Positions 38,589 to 48,704 of a stretch of DNA of 64,000 nt are shown here, piece after piece. Numbering within the stretch: the first letter of the stretch is position 1; each line of letters starts with the position of its first letter. The stretch is from positions 78,598 to 142,597 of the forward strand of contig JBBKVO010000017.1 in assembly GCA_037968475.1 (NCBI GenBank), read 5' to 3'. Position numbers and translations under genes: made by a program. This stretch comes from Bacteroidia bacterium. GTDB lineage: Bacteria > Bacteroidota > Bacteroidia > UBA8524. The notes under the pieces are model-generated. The model had not been told where the DNA came from. It did not search any database and saw nothing but the letters and a program-made list of their open reading frames with translations.

Positions 38589-39023
38589 TTATAAACTATC
38601 GTTGTGTGTTTCTTCTTTCGCCAAGCATCTTTCAAGCGCAGCCTGCCACTCCATCGCCTTCACATTATATTTTTCAAGTATTTCTTTAAACTCTTTCAGG
38701 TTTTGGGCTGCATCATCGGTTTTCACTTCATCGTTTTCAAACTTCACCTTCCAATCGTCAAAGGCCTTTCCTGCTATGTTCCATTCTATTAATGCCGTAT
38801 AGTACTCTGGCTCAAGTTGCGGGCAATTTATTGTTATGCTACTATCAGCCGCTACTTTTTGTTTAAGCTCAAGCCCCCAATTGTTTACAATATCGTTGGT
38901 AGCTGCCCAATCTCTATCAAAAGCACCAATTTCAGCTTTTATAGTGGTGCGTTTTTCATCGCGGGGCTTGCACGCAGTCAGTAAAACTACAGCTGAAAAT
39001 ATTAAAACTACTACTCTTTTCAT
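38589..39023 (-). CDS. Lipoprotein, hypothetical.
   Basis: MKRVVVLIFSAVVLLTAC is a lipobox signal. The start is taken at the internal Met. Confidence 0.5.
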   Translation of the reverse strand: MKRVVVLIFSAVVLLTACKPRDEKRTTIKAEIGAFDRDWAATNDIVNNWGLELKQKVAADSSITINCPQLEPEYYTALIEWNIAGKAFDDWKVKFENDEVKTDDAAQNLKEFKEILEKYNVKAMEWQAALERCLAKEETHNDSL

Positions 39024-39102
39024 ATCACAAATATTTGTCTCAAAATTAAGGCACACATTTTAAGGGTGCAAACAAGTTTTGAACGACTTATTTTTGCGAA
39101 CT

Positions 39103-39522
39103 ATGGAAGAAAGCAAAATCAACTCAAGCAAAGCCCCCGAACCTGTGGGTTTATATCCTCACGCCCGCCGTGTGGGCAATTTATTATTCCTTTCAGGCGT
39201 TGGCCCTCGCGAGCGTGGTACTAAAAAAATACCGGGTGTTGACTTGGATGAGAACGGAAATATTGTGAGCTACGATATTGCCGAACAATGCCACAGCGTG
39301 TTTAGAAATGTGCGTTATGTATTGGAAGATGCAGGTAGCAGTTGGGATAAGATTGTTGATGTAACTGTTTTTCTTACCAATATGAAAGACGATTTCCCTA
39401 TTTATAACAAACTTTGGGCTGAGTATTTTAAAGATAATTTGCCTTGCCGCACTACGCTTGAAATTAATTGCCTGCCCACCCCAATAGCTATTGAGCTAAA
39501 GGTTTTGGCTACTATTGATTAA
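39103..39522 (+). CDS. RidA/YjgF (Rid) family reactive-intermediate deaminase.
   Basis: The length, the ..GNLLFLSGVGP.. core and the C-terminal pattern are typical of endoribonuclease L-PSP/Rid. Confidence 0.75.
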   Translation: MEESKINSSKAPEPVGLYPHARRVGNLLFLSGVGPRERGTKKIPGVDLDENGNIVSYDIAEQCHSVFRNVRYVLEDAGSSWDKIVDVTVFLTNMKDDFPIYNKLWAEYFKDNLPCRTTLEINCLPTPIAIELKVLATID

Positions 39523-39542
39523 TTTTTTAAGCTAATGAAATT

Positions 39543-39665
39543 CTGCTGGCATGAGCGTCCGCTCGGAAGTGGGATTGTTTTTTCCTGCGCTGTCTTTCGC
39601 ACTCCTTCGACTTCGCTCAGGATGACAATGCACAAGGGAGACAATGCTGTGCTTTGAACATAGAG
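39543..39665. repeat. Copy B of the dispersed intergenic repeat (M2+M3).
   Basis: gctggcatgagcgtccgctcgg ... cgcactccttcgacttcgctcaggatgacaatgcacaagggag. Confidence 0.65.
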
Positions 39666-39758
39666 AGTACAGAATATTTACGAGTAGGGCTTAACCTCAC
39701 ACCAAAAACAGGACAAGCAACCGCTTGCTTTGCTTTTAGATTGGATTACAAAATTTGA

Positions 39759-40898
39759 CTAGGCATACTCGTTTGCTTTAAAAAAATGCTGACCGGGGAA
39801 GCTAATAAGCAAAGCCTCCGACAATTTGAGTATGCGAAACGATAGCCAATAGATAAATAACTTTATTGGGCTTTGCTTGCCCAAAAATTCATTTTTTTGC
39901 ACCTGCACACAGCTTGTTGATAGTAAACTATTTAGGTATTGCGCAAATTGGACTGAAAATTCTTCATCCAACACACTAATATTAAATTCTATACTGGCGT
40001 ATGCACTAAGGTAGTTAAGGTTGTACGAGCCTACGGTGCACCACTGCCCATCAATACAAGCAATTTTACCATGCAATACGCTGGGCATCCACTCGTATAT
40101 TTCAATATTATTGCGCAGCAAAAAACGGTATAGGTAGTATATGGCTTGCTTGGCCAGTGGCACATCTGATATTCCGGGTAAAAGTATTTTTACTTTTACG
40201 CCGCGTTTGGCAGCATCTTTTAGTAGGTTTCTAAAAAAACCACCGGGCAAAAAATAGCTGTTGGCAATAATAATTTCGTGTTTTGCTGCTTTTATGGCTT
40301 TGGCATAGGCTTGTGCTATTTGGTTTTTGCTACGCAGCCAATCGTTTTGTTGTAACTGTATTTTTATGGCTTTATTTTTGGCATCAAAGTGATGAAACTG
40401 CTTATAGCCTTGTTGCGGCTGCACAAACCACTGACTATACACTTGTTTGCATATTTTCACTATTTGCTGCACTGCTGTACCCTCTATTAGCAAAGCAAAA
40501 TCAAGCCATGCTTTTTCGCCGTAACCTGCATAGCGGTTTGATACATTTATTCCCCCCACTAATGCCCTACACCTATCTGCAACTATAATTTTGTGGTGCA
40601 ATCGTCTACCCCAAGCCAAGCTGCCTGCTGCCCCAATAGCACCAAAAAAACGCAGTTTTATACCTGCTGCTTTAAGTTGCTGCTGCATTTCTTTGGTTAG
40701 TTTATCGGTGCCATAGGCATCTAAAACCATAAAAACAGTAACGTCCCGCCGCGCAGCCTGTATAAGGGCATTGGTTATGCGTACGCCTGTTTCATCACTA
40801 TCAAAAATGTAGGTTTGTAGGTGTATTTCGTGTTCAGCACTGTGTATCAGTTCTTCCAGTCGGGCAAAATAATCATCACCACTGTGCACCAACTGCAC
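39759..40898 (-). CDS. Phospholipase D / cardiolipin synthase-like protein (two HKD motifs).
   Basis: HHKIIVADRCRALVGGINVSNRY and HGKIACIDGQWCTVGSYNLN. Confidence 0.8.
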   Translation of the reverse strand: MQLVHSGDDYFARLEELIHSAEHEIHLQTYIFDSDETGVRITNALIQAARRDVTVFMVLDAYGTDKLTKEMQQQLKAAGIKLRFFGAIGAAGSLAWGRRLHHKIIVADRCRALVGGINVSNRYAGYGEKAWLDFALLIEGTAVQQIVKICKQVYSQWFVQPQQGYKQFHHFDAKNKAIKIQLQQNDWLRSKNQIAQAYAKAIKAAKHEIIIANSYFLPGGFFRNLLKDAAKRGVKVKILLPGISDVPLAKQAIYYLYRFLLRNNIEIYEWMPSVLHGKIACIDGQWCTVGSYNLNYLSAYASIEFNISVLDEEFSVQFAQYLNSLLSTSCVQVQKNEFLGKQSPIKLFIYWLSFRILKLSEALLISFPGQHFFKANEYA

Positions 40899-41183
40899 AT
40901 TATGGGTAGCAAATACTTTTGCTTTGGTTTTATATAAATAGTTTTTACTGATAGTGCTAATTTACAACCTCTGGGGCACTGTTGGTACAATTAAATTCAT
41001 GGGTTTAAAAACCAATACTATTTGTTACCATTGGCAACCCTAAATTACCCACTTGATTGGTCGATAGATTTGAAAACCCACTCTAGTAAAATTACAGCCC
41101 GAAAGAAGATTTAAATCCTCTTTCGGGCTGTAACAACAAAAGCTTTATTTAAATGATAAATATTTACTGTTAAATGAGAAAAA

Positions 41184-41960
41184 CTATTGCCCTTTAAACT
41201 CAGGCTTGCGTTTTTCTACAAATGCAGCCATGCCTTCTTTTTGGTCTTCGGTGGCAAACAGCATATAAAAGTTTTTACGCTCAAAGTACAACCCTTCTGT
41301 TAAGTTACTTTCAAACGATTTTAAAACACTTTCTTTTGCCATTTGCACAGCTATGGGCGAGCGTTCGGCAATATCTTTGGCTAGCTTCACCGCTTCTTGT
41401 AAATACACTTCTACGGGTACTACACGGTTTATAAGACCTGCTTGCAAGGCTTGTTCGGCACTAATAAAATTACCGGTAAGCACCATTTCCATAGCCAATG
41501 CTTTGCCTACAGTGCGGGGTAAACGTTGTGTGCCACCTGCACCGGGCATAACACCTATTTTAATTTCGGGTTGACCGAATTGTGCGGTTTCAGATGCTAT
41601 TACCATGTCGCAGTGCATTACTAACTCGCAACCGCCACCCAATGCAAAGCCTGATACGGCTGCTATTATTGGTTTTTTTGTACGCTTAATCTGATCCCAT
41701 GTGCTAAACTGGTCAATCTTTAGCATATCAATGGCATTTTTGCCACTCATTTGCTTTATATCGGCACCAGCGGCAAAAGCACGTTCGTTTCCTGTAATAA
41801 TTATCACACGCACATTATCATCTTCGTCCAAAGCCTTTAAAGCATCGCGTACCTCTAGCATCAATTGCAGGTTTAGTGCATTTAATTCTTTTGGACGATT
41901 AAGGCGTATAAGGGCTATGTATGGCTGATACTGGGGTTCTACTATTATAAATTCGTTCAT
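41184..41960 (-). CDS. Enoyl-CoA hydratase/isomerase (crotonase family).
   Basis: Crotonase-fold motifs (VIIITGNERAFAAGADI, AAVSGFALGGGCELVMHCD). Confidence 0.85.
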   Translation of the reverse strand: MNEFIIVEPQYQPYIALIRLNRPKELNALNLQLMLEVRDALKALDEDDNVRVIIITGNERAFAAGADIKQMSGKNAIDMLKIDQFSTWDQIKRTKKPIIAAVSGFALGGGCELVMHCDMVIASETAQFGQPEIKIGVMPGAGGTQRLPRTVGKALAMEMVLTGNFISAEQALQAGLINRVVPVEVYLQEAVKLAKDIAERSPIAVQMAKESVLKSFESNLTEGLYFERKNFYMLFATEDQKEGMAAFVEKRKPEFKGQ

Positions 41961-42004
41961 GGTTGGTTATTAGTTGTTTGTGATTGATAAACCAGTGTGA
42001 AGAA

Positions 42005-42100
42005 TCATCCCCCTGCTCCCTTCGCTACCGCACTTATCCTTCATCTCCACTCAGGATAATACCACACAAGGGGGACAATGCTTTGCAAGCACCGCCTATC
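42005..42100. repeat. Copy C (degenerate) of the dispersed intergenic repeat.
   Basis: catccccctgctcccttcgctaccgcactt...ctccactcaggataataccacacaagggggacaatgc aligns to 36235-36330. Confidence 0.55.
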
Positions 42101-42159
42101 AATTGCACAATAATAACTTCTTAAAATTAAATCTGTAAACAGAAACCCAAAAACTAAAT

Positions 42160-42897
42160 CTAATGGTGAAGCAACAGGTTTAATACTCCTACTACAATGC
42201 CTATCATTATGGCGGTTAGCTTCATACGGTTGAAACGGTGGTTCTCACTGGTTTCAAACAATATAGTGGTTGATATATGAAGGAATGAACCTATTACTAT
42301 GGCTAAGATGTTAGTAAGCGCGGCTTCGCTAATGGTATTGTATTGGTTTACATAATGGCTAAACAATGCCCCCAATAGCGACATTGATGCGTATAGCAAC
42401 ATTAACGGCAATACTATTTTATTTTTTAGATGATTGGCGCGCAGTATGCTAACCAGCACAAAGGCGGCGGGTATTTCGTGCAGGGCTATGCCTGTTATCA
42501 TAGCAGTGCCAAAACCTGCACTATCATAAGCACCCGTGCCTACGGGTATACCTTCTATAAAGCTATGCAGGCTAAGTGCTGCAATTAGCGAAATGGGTAT
42601 GCGGTGGGGTTGTTTTTTACCGTCGGCATGAAAATGGCCGTGATCGGCACCACGCGTATAAAAATCAAGAAATACTTGTAACAGAAAGCCTCCCAATACA
42701 AACATACCTGCATATTGGTTGTCGTGCTCGCTAAACACATGGGGCATTAGCACCAATATAGATAACGATAGCAAAAACGAACCGCTAAATGCCAGTAATA
42801 GTTTGGTAAACGACTCTTTCCCTCTATTAAGAAAAAAGCCCAATACACCGCCAACAAAGGGGGCTAAAAACAAAACTGCGTACCAAAAAAAACTCAT
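42160..42897 (-). CDS. ZIP-family metal (Zn/Fe) transporter.
   Basis: Multi-TM with a His-rich loop (GADHGHFHADG) and the HEIPAAFVL/HSFIEG ZIP signature. The start was taken at the internal Met abutting the upstream stop. Confidence 0.65.
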   Translation of the reverse strand: MSFFWYAVLFLAPFVGGVLGFFLNRGKESFTKLLLAFSGSFLLSLSILVLMPHVFSEHDNQYAGMFVLGGFLLQVFLDFYTRGADHGHFHADGKKQPHRIPISLIAALSLHSFIEGIPVGTGAYDSAGFGTAMITGIALHEIPAAFVLVSILRANHLKNKIVLPLMLLYASMSLLGALFSHYVNQYNTISEAALTNILAIVIGSFLHISTTILFETSENHRFNRMKLTAIMIGIVVGVLNLLLHH

Positions 42898-43466
42898 GTA
42901 TATATGCCCTTCACACTTTTTTGTAGTAGCCAATAGGCTAGTATACCTAGCAAACTGCCTACTATTGCACCCGTTATCACATCAAGCGGATAATGTTTGC
43001 CTACATACACCTGTGCATAGGCAATGGCTGCCGCCCAAAAAAGCAGGGCAAAGGTAGCCCAACGAAAACGTTTTTTTAACAGTAGGCTAAAAAACAAAGC
43101 CAGCGCAAAATGGTTGGTAGCATGTGCCGAAAAATAGCCATACATACCGCCACAGCCCACACGCTCTACCATTTTATCTTTTAGGGCTTCTTCTTGGCAG
43201 GGGCGTAAGCGTTTAAAACCATCTTTGGCAGTATCGGTAATAAGGCTATTGCCCACAACTATCATTAAAATAGTAAATAGTGCAATGTATAACGTACCTT
43301 TTAACTTGTATAGTTTATAAAAGGTAATAAGAATTATTATGTATAGAGGTATCCATGTTAGTTTGTGGCGCAAAATGGGCATTAGCACATCAAAAAACGC
43401 ATTGCTACCTTGCTTGTTTATAAGCAAAAAAACATTGGTATCCCATTGCAGCAGTTGTTCTAACAC
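42894..43466 (-). CDS. PAP2-family phosphatase (phosphatidic acid phosphatase type 2).
   Basis: KRLRPC, SFFSAHATN and YVGKHYPLDV are the three PAP2 motifs. Confidence 0.75.
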   Translation of the reverse strand: MLEQLLQWDTNVFLLINKQGSNAFFDVLMPILRHKLTWIPLYIIILITFYKLYKLKGTLYIALFTILMIVVGNSLITDTAKDGFKRLRPCQEEALKDKMVERVGCGGMYGYFSAHATNHFALALFFSLLLKKRFRWATFALLFWAAAIAYAQVYVGKHYPLDVITGAIVGSLLGILAYWLLQKSVKGIYT

Positions 43467-44200
43467 GTAGCTAAAGTTTTTTGTACAACAAATATAATAC
43501 GGTCTGATGTTTGGGCATTGTAGGGCAATAGCTGGTAATTACCAAACACTTCTATAATTTCAAAATCGGTTTGGGCAAACAGGCTTTCAAACTGTGTTTT
43601 GCTTATAGCTTCTACCTTTTCGGTGTAGGAATATGAGTTGCCCTCGGCCTCAAAACTTATGTTTTTTATAATTCTTTGCCCTTCCATTTTTTTATTAATG
43701 GTAAAAGCTATACCATCAATGGTTTTGGTTTCGTGCGGCACTATTTGTTTTAATATTCTTTCGGCATTAAAAAAATCGAGCACAAAACGTCCATTAGGCT
43801 TCATGGCCTTACAAATATTTTGTAGTGCCAACAAATTATCCTGCTCGCACTCAAAATAGCCAAAGCTGGTAAACAGGTTTAGTGCAATATCAAAATTATC
43901 TTTGGCAAAGGGCTGGCGCATATCGGCCACCTCAAAATGAAGGGTTTGGTTTTGGTATAATTGAGCTTCCTCAATACTTTTGGGGCTAATATCTATCCCC
44001 GTAACATTATAGCCTTTGCTGTTTAGGTATATACTGTGGCGACCTTTGCCGCAAGCCACATCTAAAAAGTGGTCGGAAGGTAGTGGCGCAAGGTAACTTA
44101 CCAACTTATCTATAAATGCCGATGCTTCGCTATCGTCTCTGTTTTTATATAAAATGTGGTAATATTTCGTATTAAACCACTCTTTAAACCACTCGCCCAT
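43460..44200 (-). CDS. Class I SAM-dependent methyltransferase.
   Basis: FLDVACGKGRHSIYL is motif I; operonic with PAP2 and ZIP. Confidence 0.7.
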   Translation of the reverse strand: MGEWFKEWFNTKYYHILYKNRDDSEASAFIDKLVSYLAPLPSDHFLDVACGKGRHSIYLNSKGYNVTGIDISPKSIEEAQLYQNQTLHFEVADMRQPFAKDNFDIALNLFTSFGYFECEQDNLLALQNICKAMKPNGRFVLDFFNAERILKQIVPHETKTIDGIAFTINKKMEGQRIIKNISFEAEGNSYSYTEKVEAISKTQFESLFAQTDFEIIEVFGNYQLLPYNAQTSDRIIFVVQKTLATC

Positions 44201-44331
44201 TGGCGCAAATTTATTACTTGCTAAGCTGTGCCACTAATTTTTTTTGCTTTCGATTTAAACCTTTTTCATTTCTCTATATCAAATAAGCAAACACAGTAAA
44301 TAATTCATATTCACCATAATTTTTAAAATCC

Positions 44332-44736
44332 ATGAAAAAAATACTCGTATTAGCCTTTGCAGCTCTTTTTACCATGAGCGCATTTGCACAAGACAAACGC
44401 CAAAGTACCCCCGAAGCTCGCGCCGAAAAGGTTACTAATAAAATGAAAGAAAAACTAAACCTTAGCGATGAGCAGGTAACCAAAATAAAAACAATAAACC
44501 TTGATGCCGCCAAAAAGAAAGAAGAGCTAAAAGGTAAGGGTAAAGACGAACGCAAAGAGATGCGTACCAAAATAAAAAATATAGAAAGCGACCGTGATAG
44601 TCAAATATTGGAAGTGCTTACCGACGAGCAAAAAGCACAGTACAATAAAATGAAAGAGAATGCCAAAGAACACCGTAAGGGTAAAGGCAAACAAAAGAAA
44701 GGCAATGATGCCGACGAAACCGAAGACGAAGGTTAG
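44332..44736 (+). CDS. Periplasmic Lys-rich protein with two LTxxQ-like motifs (Spy/CpxP-like).
   Basis: Signal peptide; LSDEQVTKIK and LTDEQKAQYNKM. Confidence 0.5.
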   Translation: MKKILVLAFAALFTMSAFAQDKRQSTPEARAEKVTNKMKEKLNLSDEQVTKIKTINLDAAKKKEELKGKGKDERKEMRTKIKNIESDRDSQILEVLTDEQKAQYNKMKENAKEHRKGKGKQKKGNDADETEDEG

Positions 44737-44857
44737 TATTGGTTAGTATAATGCGGTTTGTGGTGGGTTTTCAAACCCTATCGAGCACAAAAAGAAAACG
44801 GGTTAGCACATTTATGTGCTAACCCGTTTGTATTAGGAATAGAAATACCAATAGGGA

Positions 44858-45772
44858 TTATCTCAATTCAAATTTTTTAGTCCCAATCAAAAAACCTTCG
44901 CAATATATCTCGGCAGTGTATACGCCTTCTTCCCACTCAGTAGTACCACGTGCGTAGTAAAAAGTAATAGTAGGTTGTGTATTTTTAAAGTTGATACGTT
45001 GGCGTTGACTATACAAAGCTTCATCGCCCATATATTCAAACTTACCACCGCCCGAAGTAGCTGTTGATATAGTAGCACCTTCAGGAGAAAGCACACGTAA
45101 ATACACCTCTTTGTCGCCAGCTTGCGCGGTTGGGTTATCACCAATAACAAACTGAACTTTTATTTGGTCTACACGTTTGGCACGGGTAGTTTCTCTTTCA
45201 CGTCCGCTACTGCGGTTTTGTACACCTATAACAATCATACTTTCTACACGAAGACGAGAGGCAATATTAAGCTGATTGTCTTTCTTAATATTTTCCATAG
45301 TAAGGTCTTCAATCTTGTTAGAAGCCTTATTAAGTTTTGTTTTAGTTTGTTGCAGGTCTTGCACTAAAACCTCATTTTCTTTAGCCAAAGAATCTATTTG
45401 ACGTGAGTATTTTTGGGTATAGTAACGCAGTACATCCAATTCGTCTTTTACTTTCAGCAATTCTGAAGCACTTACTTTATTACTGCGTAGCAACGCTTTT
45501 ATTTTATCGGCTTGCGCTTGTATTTCTACATTTTTTAGTTGAATAACAGAATCCAATTCGGCATTTTGTCCTACATAAGAGTCCAATTCTAATTTTGTCG
45601 ATTTCAATAACTCGTCAAGTTCTTGGCGAGCATTGTCAGTATTTACAAGTTCTTCAGTTACTTTTATTACTTCTTTGCCTTTGGTAAAATATAAATAACC
45701 AAAAACTCCATTGCCAATAAGCAGCAAAATGATGATGATAATGTAAATTGCCCTGCTGTTTTTGTTTTCCAT
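44858..45772 (-). CDS. Membrane-anchored coiled-coil protein with a C-terminal beta-rich domain; paralog of 57923..58810.
   Basis: N-terminal TM, ~150 aa of heptad-rich sequence (NAELDS...LKVKDELDVLRYYTQKYSRQIDSLAKENEVL), and a conserved tail (..Y.R......G......G.Y...I...G). Confidence 0.5.
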   Translation of the reverse strand: MENKNSRAIYIIIIILLLIGNGVFGYLYFTKGKEVIKVTEELVNTDNARQELDELLKSTKLELDSYVGQNAELDSVIQLKNVEIQAQADKIKALLRSNKVSASELLKVKDELDVLRYYTQKYSRQIDSLAKENEVLVQDLQQTKTKLNKASNKIEDLTMENIKKDNQLNIASRLRVESMIVIGVQNRSSGRERETTRAKRVDQIKVQFVIGDNPTAQAGDKEVYLRVLSPEGATISTATSGGGKFEYMGDEALYSQRQRINFKNTQPTITFYYARGTTEWEEGVYTAEIYCEGFLIGTKKFELR

Positions 45773-45838
45773 TAGGTGTTTTTATTCTTTTGTGCAAAAA
45801 TAGATATTTAAATTTGCCCTGCCTTAAAACTTAACGAT

Positions 45839-46381
45839 TTGGAAGTAACGAATATTTTTATTGATGGCCCTTTAGTGCTACAACCCAAAGTTTTTTATGA
45901 TGAACGCGGGTATTTTTATGAAAGTTATAATAAACAAGCCTTTGAAAAGGCAGGTATAACTGCCGATTTTGTGCAAGACAATCAATCACTATCGCAAAAG
46001 GGAGCGGTGCGTGGGTTGCATTTTCAAGCAGTGCCGTTTGAGCAAGGTAAATTGGTACGAGTAATACAAGGTGCTGTGTATGATGTAGTAGTTGATGTGC
46101 GCAAAAACTCGCCTACTTACGGCAAACACTTTGGTATTGAACTTACTGCCGAAAACTTTACCATGTTTTGGATTCCCCCCGGTTTTGCACACGGCTTTTC
46201 TACATTGAAAGACAATACTATTTTTAGTTACAAATGCACCAATGTATACAACAAACAAGCCGAAGGTGGCTTACTTTGGAACGATGTTAGCTTAGGTATA
46301 AATTGGGAGGTAGAGCAACCTATTGTCTCCGACAAAGACAAATTATTGCCTACTTTTGAAAATTTTATTTCACCATTTTAA
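45839..46381 (+). CDS. rfbC: dTDP-4-dehydrorhamnose 3,5-epimerase.
   Basis: RGLHFQ...KLVRVIQGAVYDVVVD.R..SPT.G......L......WIP.GFAHGF. Confidence 0.85.
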   Translation: MEVTNIFIDGPLVLQPKVFYDERGYFYESYNKQAFEKAGITADFVQDNQSLSQKGAVRGLHFQAVPFEQGKLVRVIQGAVYDVVVDVRKNSPTYGKHFGIELTAENFTMFWIPPGFAHGFSTLKDNTIFSYKCTNVYNKQAEGGLLWNDVSLGINWEVEQPIVSDKDKLLPTFENFISPF

Positions 46382-46401
46382 GGGATTATATTGCGACCAT
46401 T

Positions 46402-47352
46402 ATGAAGACTGAGGAGACAATAGAGATAACACCACGTATACATGATTTGCTGAACCAGCTAGAGAAAAAATACGATGCAATGGGGCAAAGTATGGAATCG
46501 TATCTTGAGGGCTTATTGCACGCTGATTATACTACTTATTGGGATTATATACATACCGACGCATTGCTGGCTTTGCAAACAACAAAAACCAGTTTTCCTG
46601 ATGAAGTGGTATTTATAATGTACCATCAAATTACCGAGTTGTACTTTAAACTTTGCTTGCATGAAATGGAGCAAATTTGCAAAAAAACCAATTTGGATAA
46701 TGCGTTCTTTTTGGCACGCATGAAACGTATAAACGCTTACTTTGATAACCTTACCGCATCGTTTAAAATAATGATTGATGGTATGGAGCCCGAGCAGTTT
46801 CTTAAATTTCGTATGTCGTTATTACCCGCTAGTGGTTTTCAATCGGCACAATATCGCATGATAGAAATTTGCAGTACCAATTTTTATAATTTGGTAGGTA
46901 AAGATTATAGAAGCCGTTTTAATGGTGATGAAGATATAGAATCGATGTTTGATTATATCTACTGGAAATCAGGTGCAACTGAATTAGCTACAGGTAAAAA
47001 AACATTAACACTTACACAATTCGAGCGTAAGTATACTTCGCAGCTTAAAAGAATGGCTAATGAATATCGCCATAGAAACCTTTGGGAGCGATTTAGACAA
47101 TTGCCTGATAAAGATGACGAATTGTTAAAAGAAATGCGTCATTTTGATTTAAGTGTAAATGTAAGCTGGCCAATGATACATATGCGTTCGGCAGCCCGTT
47201 ATTTGCAAAAACCCGAAGGTGAAATTGCGGCAACAGGCGGAACCAACTGGCAAAAATATTTATCACCTCGTATGCAACTCCGCATTTTCTACCCAGAATT
47301 ATGGACAGATGAGGAAAAAGAAAACTGGGGAACATCTTCAGTAGAATATTAA
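46402..47352 (+). CDS. kynA: Tryptophan 2,3-dioxygenase-like protein.
   Basis: Y..YWDYIHTDALL.LQ.....DE..FI.YHQ.TELYFKL..HEM matches the TDO helical core motifs. Confidence 0.7.
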   Translation: MKTEETIEITPRIHDLLNQLEKKYDAMGQSMESYLEGLLHADYTTYWDYIHTDALLALQTTKTSFPDEVVFIMYHQITELYFKLCLHEMEQICKKTNLDNAFFLARMKRINAYFDNLTASFKIMIDGMEPEQFLKFRMSLLPASGFQSAQYRMIEICSTNFYNLVGKDYRSRFNGDEDIESMFDYIYWKSGATELATGKKTLTLTQFERKYTSQLKRMANEYRHRNLWERFRQLPDKDDELLKEMRHFDLSVNVSWPMIHMRSAARYLQKPEGEIAATGGTNWQKYLSPRMQLRIFYPELWTDEEKENWGTSSVEY

Positions 47353-47417
47353 GAAAATACAGAAAAGAAGGAATAGAGAGGGGCAACAAATACCCCTCTT
47401 TTTTATTTTATAGCATT

Positions 47418-47861
47418 ATGATACTACGCAAAGCAACTGCTACCGATATTGATACTCTTGCCCAACACAATAATATGATGGCGCAAGAAACGGAAAACAA
47501 GAGTTTAGATTGGGTTACTGTGCAAAATGGCGTAAAGGCAGTGATAGACGACCCTATGAAGGGTTTTTATTTATTGGTAGATATTGATGGGCAAATAGCC
47601 GCAAACCTAATGATAACTTACGAATGGAGCGACTGGCGCAATAGCAATATTTGGTGGGTACAAAGTGTATACGTGCAGCAACAACACCGCCGTAAAGGCT
47701 TGTACAAAATGTTGTATACCGAAATTAAACGATTGGCCAAGCTAGAAGGTATTGGCGTGATACGTTTATATGTTGAGCAAGAAAATACAGTTGCTCAAAA
47801 AACGTACTCAAGTTTAGGTATGCAACATAGTTATTACCAACTGTACGAGGAGAGTATTTAA
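47418..47861 (+). CDS. GNAT-family N-acetyltransferase.
   Basis: VQQQHRRKGLYKML is the acetyl-CoA-binding motif A (Q/R-x-x-G-x-G/A). Confidence 0.65.
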   Translation: MILRKATATDIDTLAQHNNMMAQETENKSLDWVTVQNGVKAVIDDPMKGFYLLVDIDGQIAANLMITYEWSDWRNSNIWWVQSVYVQQQHRRKGLYKMLYTEIKRLAKLEGIGVIRLYVEQENTVAQKTYSSLGMQHSYYQLYEESI

Positions 47862-47869
47862 GTTATCGT

Positions 47870-48667
47870 TTAAAAAGAGTTTTTTGATAGTTTGCCCAGT
47901 GCAAACGATAACAAGGGAGAGGGTATAATTGCTTTTAAGATTATATTTAGTTTATCACTAAAGGTAGGCAGTATTACTGCTTTGTTTGCTAAAACTCCTT
48001 TAACGGCAATAGCGGCTATTGTATCAGGTTCAGTAATGCTGGTAACATACTTGCGCCAACCTATATGTTTTATTCGTTCGCGCACCTCGTCATTAGTTAT
48101 CATAGGGCCCGGGGTTATACAGCTTACATTTACCCCTTTTTCTTTAAACTCTTGTCGCAACGCTTTTGAAAACGAAAGCACAAAGGCTTTTGAAGCCGCA
48201 TATACAGTTTTATAAGGTAGAGAGAAATAAGCGGCCATGCTTGCTACATTAAGTATAAAGGCAGGCTTATTGGCCAATAATTTGGGCGCTAGTATATGGG
48301 TGAGGTTGTTGGTGAAAATTACATTTAGTTGCAGTAGGTTGTTTATAAAGCCACTATCGGTTTTTTCATACTCGCCTGCGTAGCCAAAACCTACATTGTT
48401 TACCAACCCATGCAGGTATATTTTTTCATCATCAACCCATTGTGCTATAGTTTGGTGTGCATTGGTTTGCAGCATATCTACAGCAATGGTTTTCACAGAA
48501 ATGGCAGCATACTTAGCCTCAATTTCTTTTTTCACTTCTTCAAGTTCATTAGCCAGCAGCGATGCAAGGGCAAGACTATATCCTTTTTGGGCGAAGTTTA
48601 GGGCAATATATTTTCCCAAGCCTGAACCTGCACCTGTTATCAGTACGTATTTTTTAGTAGTTGTCAC
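47870..48667 (-). CDS. Short-chain dehydrogenase/reductase (SDR).
   Basis: LITGAGSGLGKYIA and a YxxxK catalytic motif. Confidence 0.8.
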   Translation of the reverse strand: MTTTKKYVLITGAGSGLGKYIALNFAQKGYSLALASLLANELEEVKKEIEAKYAAISVKTIAVDMLQTNAHQTIAQWVDDEKIYLHGLVNNVGFGYAGEYEKTDSGFINNLLQLNVIFTNNLTHILAPKLLANKPAFILNVASMAAYFSLPYKTVYAASKAFVLSFSKALRQEFKEKGVNVSCITPGPMITNDEVRERIKHIGWRKYVTSITEPDTIAAIAVKGVLANKAVILPTFSDKLNIILKAIIPSPLLSFALGKLSKNSF

Positions 48668-48704
48668 AGTAAGTCGGTTTCAATAGTAAGTTAAGTACGA
48701 GAAT